The position numbers and the translations under genes are program-made. A stretch of 64,000 bases of DNA from a virus (Duplodnaviria > Caudoviricetes), in IMG/VR virus record IMGVR_UViG_3300037400_002261, positions 43,286 to 107,285 of that record. One strand, written 5' to 3'. Shown one piece after another: positions 1 to 11,043 of this stretch; position 1 is the first letter of the stretch, and the number at the start of each line of letters is the position of its first letter. The notes under the pieces are model-generated. The model had not been told where the DNA came from and ran no database searches. It worked only from the letters and a program-made list of their open reading frames with translations.

Positions 1-105
1 ATTGCACAAGAACTTGGTTTAAAACTTAGACCTAAACAATCATCTAATGATTTATTAAAATATATATCTATTACTCCACCTTGCCGTTCAAAAACTTATG
101 ATTAA
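1..105 (+). CDS. C-terminal fragment of upstream gene, probably terminase large subunit (partial)
   Basis: Frame 1 is open from the window edge to TAA at 103-105 (IAQELGLKLRPKQSSNDLLKYISITPPCRSKTYD). The call rests only on its position directly before the portal. Confidence 0.4.
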   Translation: MAQELGLKLRPKQSSNDLLKYISITPPCRSKTYD

Positions 106-124
106 TTAAGAAAGGAGGCGCTTC

Positions 125-1717
125 ATGCCCAGAAAACCTAAAGCGCAAGAGGCGCTTACTGATAGTCGTGAAGGTGTTATGAGCCAACAACTTGTTCCAA
201 AAAAGAAAAAGGATGAAGTTGAGGTTATAAATAGACCTACGGCTTTAGATTTTGAAAAAACCAAAAAACTGAAAGAGTTGATTTTGTAGGATGTTTCCAG
301 AGGTAGGACGCAGACTGCAATGCAATATACAAAAAGTTTGGTTTCTACTTATTTATAGAATCCATATAACTTCAGAAGTTAGATAATTGGTGTATCCAGA
401 TTTTTATGGAGAGTTAGTGCGATTTATCGTAAGATAATTTTTTATTATGCTACAATGCCTAAATATAATTATTGTATTGTTGAAAGACCAGAATTTACAA
501 AAACTCCTAATGTTAAAAAAATGTTGAATGATTATGAGACAGTTCTTCGCAGAGTACATCAATTTAATTTTAAAGAAGAATTTGCCACTGCTATTGCTCT
601 TGCAATACGTGATGGTTCATATGTTGGTTATATGTATGATAATGAAAATGAAGGGTCTTTTCTTCATATGCTACCAGTGGAGTATTATAAAATACGTGGT
701 AAGAATGAAGCTGGACAATGGGTGGTATTTTTTGATGCTACATATTTTGCAGTTGGTCAGAATAGAATATTTGTAGAAGGTATTGATGGTGACACTTCTG
801 GGTGTTGGGCAGATGAGTTTATACAAGGATGGAAAGATTATAATTCTAACAGGGATTTAAGATGGTTTATGTTAGATCCATCTAAGACTATAACTCTTCT
901 TGGTGGACTTCAAGATGAATTTGATAATCCATTACCTTTTTTTACTGGGTTGTTTCCGTCTATTCTTAATATGTTATCTGCTGAAGAACTGGTAGCTGAT
1001 AGAACAGAATTAGACAACTTCTATCTTCTTCTGTTAAAGATTGATACTTTTGATGAAAATACTGTTGATGATTTTGAAGTAAGCCTTGAATTGGCTAATG
1101 CTTATAAAGATGCTCTTGAGGGTATTATGCCGAAATTAAGTGGCGTAGGTCTGGCTCCAGGTATGGTGCCTGAACTTATTACGTTTAATAAGGCTAATTC
1201 AACTAATGACGAAAGTATTGTTCAGGAAAATATAAATAATATTTTTGCTCAATCTGGAGCAAGTCAAACAGTTGTTTCTTCTGGAGATTCACAAAGTGCA
1301 TTGAGTATTAAATATTCGCTAATTAATGATTTTAGCTATGTTGCTCTTCTTCTTTCTCGCCTTGAAAAAAATTATCAATATTATATTGATAAAAATATTT
1401 CCGAGAATACTATTTTCACCATTCATCATCAAACACATTATAATGAAGATGAATATCTTGAAAAGTTAAAAACTTCAGCGACTCTTGGTGGTTCTGCCAT
1501 GAAGTATGGCACAGCAATGAATATGACACCATATGAATTTTATTGCACTATAAAATTTGAGTCTGCAATTGGTTTAAAATCTATGATGGAGCCTCTTGAG
1601 TCTAGTTATCAAAAGTCAGCGAATGATAATGATGATGCAGGTAGACCAAGGGCTTCTGATGATGAGATATCTGGAAGCGCAGAGAGAACGAGAAATATAG
1701 TTGATGATAATGTATAA
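125..1717 (+). CDS. Portal protein (530 aa with TAG=Gln)
   Basis: AAGGAGG RBS, then ATG125 in frame with track ORF 455..1717. Three in-frame TAGs (287, 356, 380). C-terminal 'PLESSYQ...GRP' tail, size and position are typical of SPbeta YonE-like portals. Confidence 0.8.
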
Positions 1718-1739
1718 AAATATAAAGGAGTTGATGCAT

Positions 1740-1916
1740 ATGAAGAATGCCAACTTTATCAACACTACTGATGAACAGACTGCGGAGACTCTTAGGTCTT
1801 TAGGTTTTAAAGAATTGCCAAAGTCTGGAAATAGATATGTGTTTATTAATGACAATAAAATGATGTTTTCATCTGATGATATGAAAATTAATTTTACAGA
1901 TATTTTAACGTTTTAA
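1740..1916 (+). CDS. Small hypothetical protein (58 aa)
   Basis: AAGGAG RBS at 1725-1730, ATG1740, TAA stop; track ORF 1701..1916. Confidence 0.7.
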   Translation: MKNANFINTTDEQTAETLRSLGFKELPKSGNRYVFINDNKMMFSSDDMKINFTDILTF

Positions 1917-1952
1917 TTTTTTATCACGAAACGCCATACTTTTACATATTAA

Positions 1953-1981
1953 ATTATATACTATTGACAATCAAATGTCAA
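1953..1981 (-). promoter_or_regulatory. Perfect-consensus sigmaA/sigma70 promoter facing antisense to the portal operon
   Basis: Minus strand reads TTGACA (1981-1976), 17-nt spacer, TATAAT (1958-1953). Confidence 0.75.
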
Positions 1982-1987
1982 GCATTA

Positions 1988-2264
1988 CTCTCCTATCTTC
2001 AGGAGAGAATTTAGTTGCCATACTCATGTTGGGATTACGTCCCCAACTGGCAACAGAAGAATATGGTGGATAATTGCCACCCCTCTTTTATTTTATTTAA
2101 GAGACTGCGAAATGTGGTTTTTGTTTTGGTTTCTTTGGTCAACCTGTGGGTTGTTAATGAACATTATATTTAATGAGATAGTTCGCCATAATGAGGTCAG
2201 ATGGAGAATCTGATAAGGAGCTAAAGTGGGACGGCTACTGCTCTCCCATCTCTGCCTCTTATTA
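1988..2264 (+). other. Hairpin-rich intergenic region, possible structured RNA or leader
   Basis: Stems: CTCTCCT/AGGAGAG (1988-2007); GTTGCCA/TGGCAAC enclosing GTTGGGA/TCCCCAAC (2014-2054); long imperfect stem between 2189-2207 and 2242-2264. Confidence 0.4.
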
Positions 2265-2287
2265 ATTTATTAAAGGAGGAATTTGTT

Positions 2288-3463
2288 ATGGCTTATAATA
2301 AAGAAACTGGAATGTATGAAGGGTTTATATATAAAATAACAAATAATATTAATGGTCATTTTTATATTGGACAAACTCGTACAACTGTTGAAGAAAGATT
2401 TTATAATCATACAAAAGATTATTCAATAAGTAAATATCAAAAATACGGTTTATACAAAGCTTTTAAAAAGTATGGCGTTGATAATTTTAGTGTTGATACA
2501 ATAGAAACTCATCAAGCATTTACACTTACAGAATTAAATAATATATTAAATGAAAGGGAAATGTTGTTAATAGCAGAAAATCGTAATATATATGGTAAAG
2601 ATTTTTTATATAATCATTCTCGTGGTGGGGACTATGATGGTTGTGCAACTGAAAATATACCTGTGATACAATATAATTATATAGGTGAAGAAATTAATAG
2701 ATTTGATTCTATTGTTGATGCTAAAAGAATCACTGGGGTTTCTGGTATTAGTGGAGTTATTAATAAAAAACCATAGAATTTATCTTCTGGTGGATATATT
2801 TGGAGAAAACAAAATGATCCTTTGACAAATGAAGAAATTCGTTTTATTATGATTCATTTTAATACAATGCCGATTAGATAGTATGGATATAATAATACAT
2901 TTATTAAACAATATGATTCAGTTAAAGAAGCTTCTGAATCTATTGCCAATGATAGATACAATAATAATGATATTGTATCACATATAAAAATGTGTTGTGA
3001 ACATAAAAGTAAAACGGCATACGGATATATATGGAGATATGAATTTGATAATTCTTTTGATGATGTAGATTATAAAAACTGTCAATTTGCAATTGAACAA
3101 AGAGAAAACGGCACTGGTAAATTACTTAATACGTTTATCTCTACTATAGAAGCAGAAAAAATAACTGGTGTTGATGATAGTATTATTTCACAATGTTGTA
3201 ATCATAATTTAGATTCAGCGGGTGGTTATTTGTGGAATAAAGTAGGGGATTATAATCCGAATATTCTTAAAACTATAACAATTAAACCAGTTGTTCAATT
3301 ATCAAAACAAGGTGAATATATAGCCACTTACGATTCTCCGACTTGTGCTCAAAATGCAACTGGTATTTATTCTAAAAGTATTAGCAGAGTATGTAGAGGC
3401 TTTTTAAAATCTACTGGTGGATATAATTGGCAATATTTATATGATTATTTAAAAATATTATAA
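2288..3463 (+). CDS. Free-standing GIY-YIG homing endonuclease with repeated NUMOD1-like DNA-binding modules (391 aa)
   Basis: GFIYKITN...FYIGQT motif. Track ORFs 2288..2776 and 2990..3463 share a frame and are joined through TAGs. Four 'V.Q....G..I..F.S...A....G......C....S.GGY.W' type modules. AAGGAGG RBS. Confidence 0.88.
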
Positions 3464-3476
3464 TAGGGGGTGAAAT

Positions 3477-5267
3477 ATGCGTAAGAAAAAACTTTTATTT
3501 ATGGAAGATCTTTTACAACTCTTCCGTGAAAATAATCTTACAAAATTTTCCTCTTCTGATTCAGGTTATAGATTATGTGTGTAGGTTCCAGCAACTTTCG
3601 AAGTTGAGGACGAAGTTGATGATGATCATCGTGGAATGATGCGTTTAAAAATTAGGGTTTTCCATATAGATGCTAATCGTAATGGAAGTTTTGTATCCAA
3701 GAAAGCTGCGAAAGATGCAATGCCTACTATTAAAAATAGACCAGTTATGGCTTACATTCATTAGCGTGATGATGGTGAATGGGATTTTGAAGCACATAAT
3801 ATGACTATTGAAACAGATGAAAATGGAAATAATTATTTTGATTATTAGGAAAAATAGGTCGGTTCATTTGACGAAAGTGAACCGTTTTTTGAATATGATA
3901 AAGAGTTAGACAAAACGTATGTGTGTGCATATGCATACATAAGTGAGGATTATACTCGCGCCTGTGATATTATTCGCAGAAAAGGCGGGACGAAAAATTC
4001 AGTGGAATTGTCCATTGAGGAATTAGCATACAATGCTAAAGAAAATTATCTTGAACTTCAAAAATTCTACGTATCAGCTTCGACGTTGCTCGGATCTTAT
4101 AATGATGGTACAGAAGTAGCGGAGGGGATGATTGGCTCTCGTGCTGATATCGTAGATTTTAGCGAAAAGAATAATTCTGTTTTATCTGATAGACAAGAAT
4201 TAATTAATGAAGTAGCTACTGCTGTTATTAAACAGCTTAGTGATAAAAAGGCAAATTTTGCTGACTATAACTACGGAAAGGAGGAAATTCCAGTGGACAA
4301 AGAAAACGTAAATGTTGAATTTGAAGAGGCAAATACTGATGAAGTCGAAGTAAAAGAAGAAATGGCTGAAACAGTTGAAGTCGAAACCACTGAAGAGGAA
4401 ACTCTGGTACTTGAAGCAGAAACTTCTGATGAAGATTCTGTAAAGAATACTGACGAAACTCCCGAAGTGGTTAATGAATTTGCAGATGATGATCCTGCTG
4501 ACGATCTTGTCGATGAAGGTGGCTCTGAAAGTGATCCAACTGATAATCCAACCGAGGAAACAACTGAGGATGAGCATCAGTCTACTTCTGCTATTGAAGA
4601 TGAAGATTCTACGGGCACTAGAGTTGAGAATAGTTTAGAGTATTCCGCTACTTTTAATGGTAAAACACGTTCTTGTTTTGCAACATTAAATGAGCAGCTT
4701 GAAGCTCTTTGGGTTCTTGTTAATGATACGTATGGCGAATCTGATAATGAGTGGTACTCGATTGACGCAGATCCAGAAAAAAAGTTGGTATATATGCATG
4801 GATGGAATAATAATTATCGCCAGTCATACAAAGTTAAGAATGATGTGTTTAGTCTTACTGGGGACAGAGTTCGTATATATCCTATATGGGTTTCAGAAGA
4901 CGAGAAGAAAGAGATTGAAAACATGAAGTTTAATTACTCTTCTATCGAGTCTGAACTTAATTCTTATAAAGCTAAAGAACTTCATTCTGCTCGTGAAGCA
5001 GTACTTGCATCTGATGATTATTCTGTAATGGCAGATTTTGAAGAGTTTAAAGATCTTAAATCTCATATGGATGAGTATTCTGTCGAGGAACTTACAAATA
5101 AGGCTGACCTCGTTTATGCTAAGTTTATGAAATCCAACTACAGTACTTTTGCTGCTAATGAGCAATCAAAGAAACGTAGTATGGTATTTATGGCTTCAAG
5201 CGAAAATACAGAAGAAGAAAGACTTCCTTACGGTGGTCTTTTTAAAAATTTTAAAAGTAAAAAGTAA
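3477..5267 (+). CDS. Prohead protease/scaffold fusion (SPbeta YonD-like, 596 aa)
   Basis: ATG3477 after GGGGGTG, in frame with track ORF 3921..5267. N-terminal 'H...NRNGS...AMPTIKNRPV.AYI...DF.AH' protease-like segment, acidic linker, helical C-terminus. Lies between portal and capsid genes. Confidence 0.8.
4293..5267 (+). CDS. Putative nested scaffold protein from an internal start (324 aa)
   Basis: AAGGAGG at 4278-4284 followed by in-frame GTG at 4293, at the start of the acidic region. Confidence 0.55.
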   Translation: MDKENVNVEFEEANTDEVEVKEEMAETVEVETTEEETLVLEAETSDEDSVKNTDETPEVVNEFADDDPADDLVDEGGSESDPTDNPTEETTEDEHQSTSAIEDEDSTGTRVENSLEYSATFNGKTRSCFATLNEQLEALWVLVNDTYGESDNEWYSIDADPEKKLVYMHGWNNNYRQSYKVKNDVFSLTGDRVRIYPIWVSEDEKKEIENMKFNYSSIESELNSYKAKELHSAREAVLASDDYSVMADFEEFKDLKSHMDEYSVEELTNKADLVYAKFMKSNYSTFAANEQSKKRSMVFMASSENTEEERLPYGGLFKNFKSKK

Positions 5268-5352
5268 ATAATAATTACATAGTCTATTTTACTTGGCGGG
5301 GATAATATCCCTGTTATTTTTGCAAAAATTTAAGAAAGGAGAAATGATAGCT

Positions 5353-5874
5353 ATGATTAATGCATTTTTACAGGCTGTAAATAAGCACATTGTTGCTGAA
5401 AGTACTAATCTTCAGGCTACATATGATGCTAAACACATTTTCAATGTAAAAGCTGGTGCTGACATTGATAATGGTCGTGTTGTTAATCTGGATGATATGG
5501 CTTGGGAAGCTAATGAGTATTTTACCATGGTTGAGCCTACTGCTACTTCCAGAGTTGGTCTGGTACTGAGTGTACCGATTGGTTATGATGAAAGACCGAA
5601 AGCTGCTACTTATGAGCATAACTTCTATAATGGTCAGGGAGAGATCATGAGAGTTTATGATCTTCTGATTGGTGATAAGTTCACTGTTTCTGCTAATGGT
5701 ATTGACGGCGGTGACGCTGTTCAGAAGGGTGCTTATATTGTTGCAGATGGTTATAATCTGAAAGCATAGGCTGCAAAACCCGCTGCAAGTGCTGGTTTCG
5801 TTGGCGAAATCGTTGAGGAAATCAACCGCACCAATGGTAAGTTCTATAAGATTTTTGTTCGCAAGAATGGTTAA
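5353..5874 (+). CDS. Capsid decoration/cement protein (YonC-like)
   Basis: AAAGGAG RBS. Reads through one TAG (5767) to TAA 5872-5874. 'DIDNG.VV' and 'N..G...R.YDL..GD.F' motifs. Immediately before the major capsid gene. Confidence 0.7.
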
Positions 5875-5892
5875 TGAAAGGAGGGAAATGTA

Positions 5893-6996
5893 ATGAGTAA
5901 ATTTATGAATTTTGCTGCTAATACTAAAGCTGCATTTGATAATAACGAGTCTGCGTACATGAACTTCTCTCAGCTTCTTGCTGATTATAATCGTGGAGTA
6001 TTCCAGTCTGGAATTACCAAGGCTGATGCAGATGAAATGATTAAGGAAAAATTCCGTCTTATTATGGGTATTGACGAGACTGCTTCTAAGAAAGAAATTC
6101 GTAGAGCAATCAATCGTCATAAAAATGAGATTTTCGAAGTCATAGAAGATACTGTTGACAATATGTTGACATCTGGATGGACAGATAATGAATTTTTCAG
6201 GGACTTCGTGGAAACCAAAAATCTCGCTCTTGGTGATACCAACGAGTTTGAAACAGAAGATGAAACCGTTCTGACAGTTGGTAAACTTAGCGGCGATCAC
6301 TGGGATATTGATAGACAACGCCTCGGAATTGGAGAGGTGTTCCGTGTACCGACTTATTGGGTTGGTCTTGGTGTATACGAGGAATTCGAGCGTGTTATGC
6401 TCGGAAGAGCAGACTGGACTCGTCTTGTAAATGCTATCTATGAAGCTATGGATAAGTATGTTGATGAGGTTGTATATCAGGCCGTTATGGAAGCTGGACA
6501 GAAGGTTCTTCCTGGTTCTGAACAGTTCTATAAGACTGCTGCTCTTGATGCTGCTGCTCATGATGCCTTTATCACTATGGTAGAGGATGTGTAGGCCGCA
6601 AATAGGGGGACTGAGGTAGTTATTATGGGTACGAAGACTGCTCTTTCTAAGCTGAAGAATCTGGCTGATGTTAACTGGATTGCTAAGGAAGATCGTACAG
6701 ACCATAGAAACCTTGGTCATGTTGGTATCTTTGAGGGTACTCGTGTTGTTGAGATTCCGCAGGTATTTGCTAAGAATGATACTACTACAAAGATGGTAGA
6801 TCCTAACGTTCTGCTGATTATGCCTGTAGCTGATAATAAGTTCATCAAACTCGTTTATGAGGGTGATGCTATGATTAAAGAGGTTACTGATAATACTGTT
6901 AACCAAGATATGACTTATGAAGTTAAGTATATGACCAAGCTTGGTGTGAGCACCATCATTGGCAGATATTTTGGCACCTGGAATATCACGACCTAA
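5893..6996 (+). CDS. Major capsid protein (367 aa)
   Basis: Track ORFs 5893..6594 and 6625..6996 are joined by one TAG (6592). Strong RBS, high-expression codon bias, size and position of a YonB-like HK97-fold capsid protein. Confidence 0.85.
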
Positions 6997-7025
6997 TTTA
7001 TTAAATTTGAAAGGATTAAAAGGAT

Positions 7026-7613
7026 ATGGCTACGACCACAAAAAGGAGAGTTGTCAAGACTGCACCAAAGGAAACTGTTGATGAGAAAGTTACTTTGAAT
7101 GAAGAGCCTGTTGCCGAGAAAGTGGTTAAGAAAGAAGCAAAGAAAGAACCACGCCAGTTTAATCAGAACGATCTCATCCTTTGTCGTTCTGTAACTGCTG
7201 GTTGGCTTGGTTGCAGTGGTAAGTCTGGACAATATTATGTATTTGAAAACTTTGGAGATGAATGTGAAATCGAATATCAGGATTTGTTTGCGCTTAAAAG
7301 TAGGCATTCTAACTACATCTATGCACCCCATTTTGTAATTGAGGATGAAGAGTTGCTTGAAAATCCTCGCTGGGCAGATGTAGCTAAGTTCTATGATGAA
7401 AAAGTATATACTATGGAAGATGTTGAAGAGGTACTTAATCTTCCAATTAATAACTTTGAAGCTGCTCTTAAAAAGCTTCCAAAGGGATTGGCTAAATCTC
7501 TTCAAGTGCGTGTTGCGCAAAAAATTGAAGATGGAACATTTGATTCTCTCAAAAAAATAAAAATCATCGATGATGTTTATGGAACTGATTTCAGAAGTAT
7601 TATCGCTGATTAA
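7026..7613 (+). CDS. Hypothetical head-associated protein (YonA-like position)
   Basis: Intact 195-aa ORF after the capsid gene with AAAGGA RBS. Confidence 0.6.
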   Translation: MATTTKRRVVKTAPKETVDEKVTLNEEPVAEKVVKKEAKKEPRQFNQNDLILCRSVTAGWLGCSGKSGQYYVFENFGDECEIEYQDLFALKSRHSNYIYAPHFVIEDEELLENPRWADVAKFYDEKVYTMEDVEEVLNLPINNFEAALKKLPKGLAKSLQVRVAQKIEDGTFDSLKKIKIIDDVYGTDFRSIIAD

Positions 7614-7628
7614 GAGGAGGGTTGAATC

Positions 7629-8096
7629 ATGACCACCTCAGAATATGATGAAATCTACTCACGCTTTTATTTGCGTGTTAAAGATTATGAAATGTCTGGA
7701 TTAAAGGAAAGTTTAGTAAAGGAAATATTAAACGGATATTTGCGGTCTGTTATTTCCAAACCTATGGTTAGAAGATTATTCACTTCTATCTCAATGGACG
7801 ATGATATAGAAGAGATTGATTATGAACTCCGTGATTAGTTAGACGAAGAATCGGATAAAGATTTTGTTGAAGAAGTTTTGGCGGTTGGAATGGTTGAGAG
7901 ATGGGTTAATCCAAGATATCAATCAACTTTATTAACTAGTCAACTTCTTACAAATTCTGAGCAAAAATTTTATAGTTAGGCTCCTCACTTAGCTGAGATG
8001 CGAGAAATGTATAAAAAGGCTCAAACCGACCTTCGCAAACTTATCCGTGATAGAGCTTATTCTTTAAGTATTATTAATGGAGTTGAAACAACGTGA
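7629..8096 (+). CDS. Putative head-tail adaptor
   Basis: GAGGAGG RBS. Reads through TAGs to TGA 8094-8096. Helical ~155 aa; function from synteny. Confidence 0.6.
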
Positions 8097-8425
8097 AAAC
8101 AAAATATGGTTGTTATTCTTCTAACTAGATTCGTTCTACTAAACTTAATATTCGCAAATCTATCTATTTTTTATTGCTCTATGTTGACCCAAAAACTAGA
8201 GATGAATATTCAGGCGTAAATGTTGCAGACGCTTTTTATAGTTTGCAAAAAAAACTTAATGGGTTAAATAGTATTTTACTTGAGCCGATTGAACTTGTTG
8301 AGACAATGAGTTTATTAGAATCGGCATATATGGAATATAATAGTGATTGTTTTGATTTTTAGAAATATAGAAAATTAATATTAGATGCTGGGTCTAAGAT
8401 TATGAAAATAAAGGAAGGTGATTAA
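8093..8425 (+). CDS. Hypothetical protein (110 aa)
   Basis: GTG8093 overlaps the upstream stop (GTGA). In frame with track ORF 8174..8362. Ends TAA 8423-8425. Confidence 0.6.
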
Positions 8426-8426
8426 T

Positions 8427-9617
8427 ATGATTACCTTTAAAAATTTTCAAAGTCTTCATGAGTCTTCTCTCCCAGGAAGGGCGAGAAAAATGCAGAGTGA
8501 CTAGATAATGCTTAATACTTGGAATCAAGATATCCAAGCATAGACTGCTTATATTTATGATTATTATCATGATTAGCAATCAGATGAAGCATTACAATTA
8601 AATAATCTTCATCCGTATGATGACCCGCAAAAAACCGCATTGTCGATTAAATTTATACGTCATGAAAGTTAGACATATAATAAAGATCAAATTACATTTT
8701 GGTTACAAATGTAGCCAAATCAAGAATGCAATCAGGATTATTATGATGAAGTTCTTGGTAATCGTTATGGGGCAACTTTCCCAATTGGAAATTATGTTGA
8801 TATAATGCATGAGGATGGTTCTTATAATAAATGGCTTATTGTTGATAAGGCAAATTATAATGGTAATCAATTTCCAACGTTTGAGATATTAAGATGTGAT
8901 TATGTTATGTAGTGGATTTTTAATGGATATAAATATTAGTGTCCAGCTGTTTTAAGAAGCCAGAATTCGTATAATTCTGGAATTTGGTTGGATTATAAAA
9001 TTCAATCAGTAGAAGATTAGCAAAAATTCGCTGTTCCGATGACTAGAGATACTGAGACATTATTCTATAATATCAGAATGATTATTGATGCAAAGGTAGA
9101 AACAGAACCTCGTGCATGGCTTATATCAAAAATAAATCGAATATCTCCTAATGGAATATGTAGGGTAACACTTGCATAGGATACTTTTGATCAACACAAT
9201 GATTATATTGAGAAAGATGAAGATGGGAATATTGTTGGAATGTGGGCAAATTATTTCAATCATAATATTGAGCCAATACCAGCAGTTTAGGATGATGATA
9301 TAATAACATCTTCTATTAATGCTAAGATTATATGTTCTGGTCGTTAGCAAATTAAAGTTGGTGGTTCAGCTAAAACATTCACTGTTACTTATTATGATTA
9401 TAATAATGAAGAGTTACCAGATTATACAATTGGTAATTGGTCATTTGAAATTGATGGTACTGTTGTGCCTGATGATTTATTAACATTAACATCATCAGAA
9501 AATAAGATTAAAGTTAAATTTTTAGGTGACGATTCATATATAGGTAAAATACTTACTGTAAAAAACACATCGGAGAATGCAGTCGCAGAACTCCAAATTG
9601 AAATCATCGCATTATAA
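8427..9617 (+). CDS. Putative head-closure/neck protein with C-terminal Ig-like domain (396 aa)
   Basis: AAGGAAGGTG RBS, ATG8427. Frame interrupted only by TAGs until TAA 9615-9617. Missing from the ORF track because of many TAGs. Beta-rich C-terminus 'IKVGGSAKTFTV'. Confidence 0.65.
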
Positions 9618-9629
9618 GGAGGGATTTGT

Positions 9630-10196
9630 ATGGAACTTACGCAAGAACAATTACAAGAACTCCGACAGTACAAAGCTGTAATGGATGATGATAACATTAG
9701 GTTTAAAGAGATAATAAAGAGGAATTTAATAGAAGACCCTCTTATAATTTATCTTTTAAATAATAAAGAGTTGGAAGAATAGGATGCCGATCCAAGTGAT
9801 TATCTTGGAGTAAATATTCTTCCATAGTTTTTAATTCATCCTACTCAACACAATGTACAAAATTTTATTTGTTATGAAGTATCATTTAAAGAAACACCAA
9901 GATATAATGATGTTTTAAAATATATTAACGTTATTTTTTATATTCTTTGTGAAGAAAAAAATAATATTGAAAAGCAAACTGGTATTGCACGACATGATTT
10001 AATTGCTGCAAGAATTAAGCATATATTTAATTGGACAAATCTTTTTGGTACACAATGCCATATTGTTTCTAATATTCCATCTGTAACGGATAATGATTAT
10101 TCCACTCGTACTCTTACATTTGAATTAACAATGCCATTAGATGTTGTTAAAACAAAAGATGGTTCTTCTATGGTTATTAATAAATTAGGTGGTTGA
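9630..10196 (+). CDS. Putative tail terminator/completion protein
   Basis: AAGGAGG RBS, ATG9630, TAG read-through, TGA stop. 'RHDLIA..I..IFN' motif; synteny. Confidence 0.6.
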
Positions 10197-10205
10197 GTTA
10201 GCGAA

Positions 10206-10979
10206 GTGCAGTTTGACCGTTTAAAGATGTATTTTGGAGAACCATTTGATGTTGGTAATGGCATGAAAATATTAACTCCAACTGTTGGTGATATTCTAGA
10301 ACTCCCAAATTCTGATATAACTTTTTATCAGACACTTTATATATGGGTTGCAAACCCAACTACATATAGATTAATGCTTTGGGAAAATGGAATAGACTGG
10401 AATAAAATATCTAATTATGAGTTGTTTTTGATGATATATAAATCCGAGAATCCAGTAGTTAGTAAAATGATTTTTGGAGATGTTGATTTTCAAGGATTTT
10501 AGTTATACACAAAAACAATTCCAGATAAAGATGAAGATGGAAATGATATAGAAAAAACTGAAGTGACATTATATAATCCAGAAATTGATATTGAGATATC
10601 AAAAGATCATTATAATTTAATTTCAGAATATTTGAAGGCAGCATTCAATATATATCCAAAAGTAGAATTGGTAAGAGGTAAATCTGCTAAAGAATGGATA
10701 ATTGACGAAGAAAGACAAGCATTAAACAATAAGAAAGATGATGAAAATCATTCTACTCTTCTTCCTCTTGTTTCTAGCTGTATAAATCATCCTGGATTTA
10801 AATATAATCTTTAGGAACTAAAAAATGTCAATTTTGTTTAGTTTATGGATAGTGTTCAAAGATTGCAAATATATGAAAATAGTACTGCTTTATTAAAAGG
10901 ATCTATGAGTGGATTCGTTGATACTTCCAAGATAGATAAGGATGAATTTAATTTTATGAGAGAAATATCTCATAAATGA
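10206..10979 (+). CDS. Hypothetical tail-region protein (YomV-like position)
   Basis: Track ORFs 10206..10502 and 10563..10814 share a frame and continue through TAGs to TGA 10977-10979. Confidence 0.65.
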
Positions 10980-11043
10980 AACTGTATTTAAGCCCATAAT
11001 TGGCTTTTATATTAAAAAAATATTATGAAAGGAGAAAAATATT

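Noticed and set aside
1616-1855. Minus-strand 79-aa ORF downstream of the antisense promoter
   Set aside because: No recognisable SD sequence, it overlaps two plus-strand genes, and its composition is not convincing.
5368-6906. 512-aa minus-strand ORF
   Set aside because: It is the antisense shadow of the strongly codon-biased decoration and capsid genes, with no RBS and no protein-like motifs.
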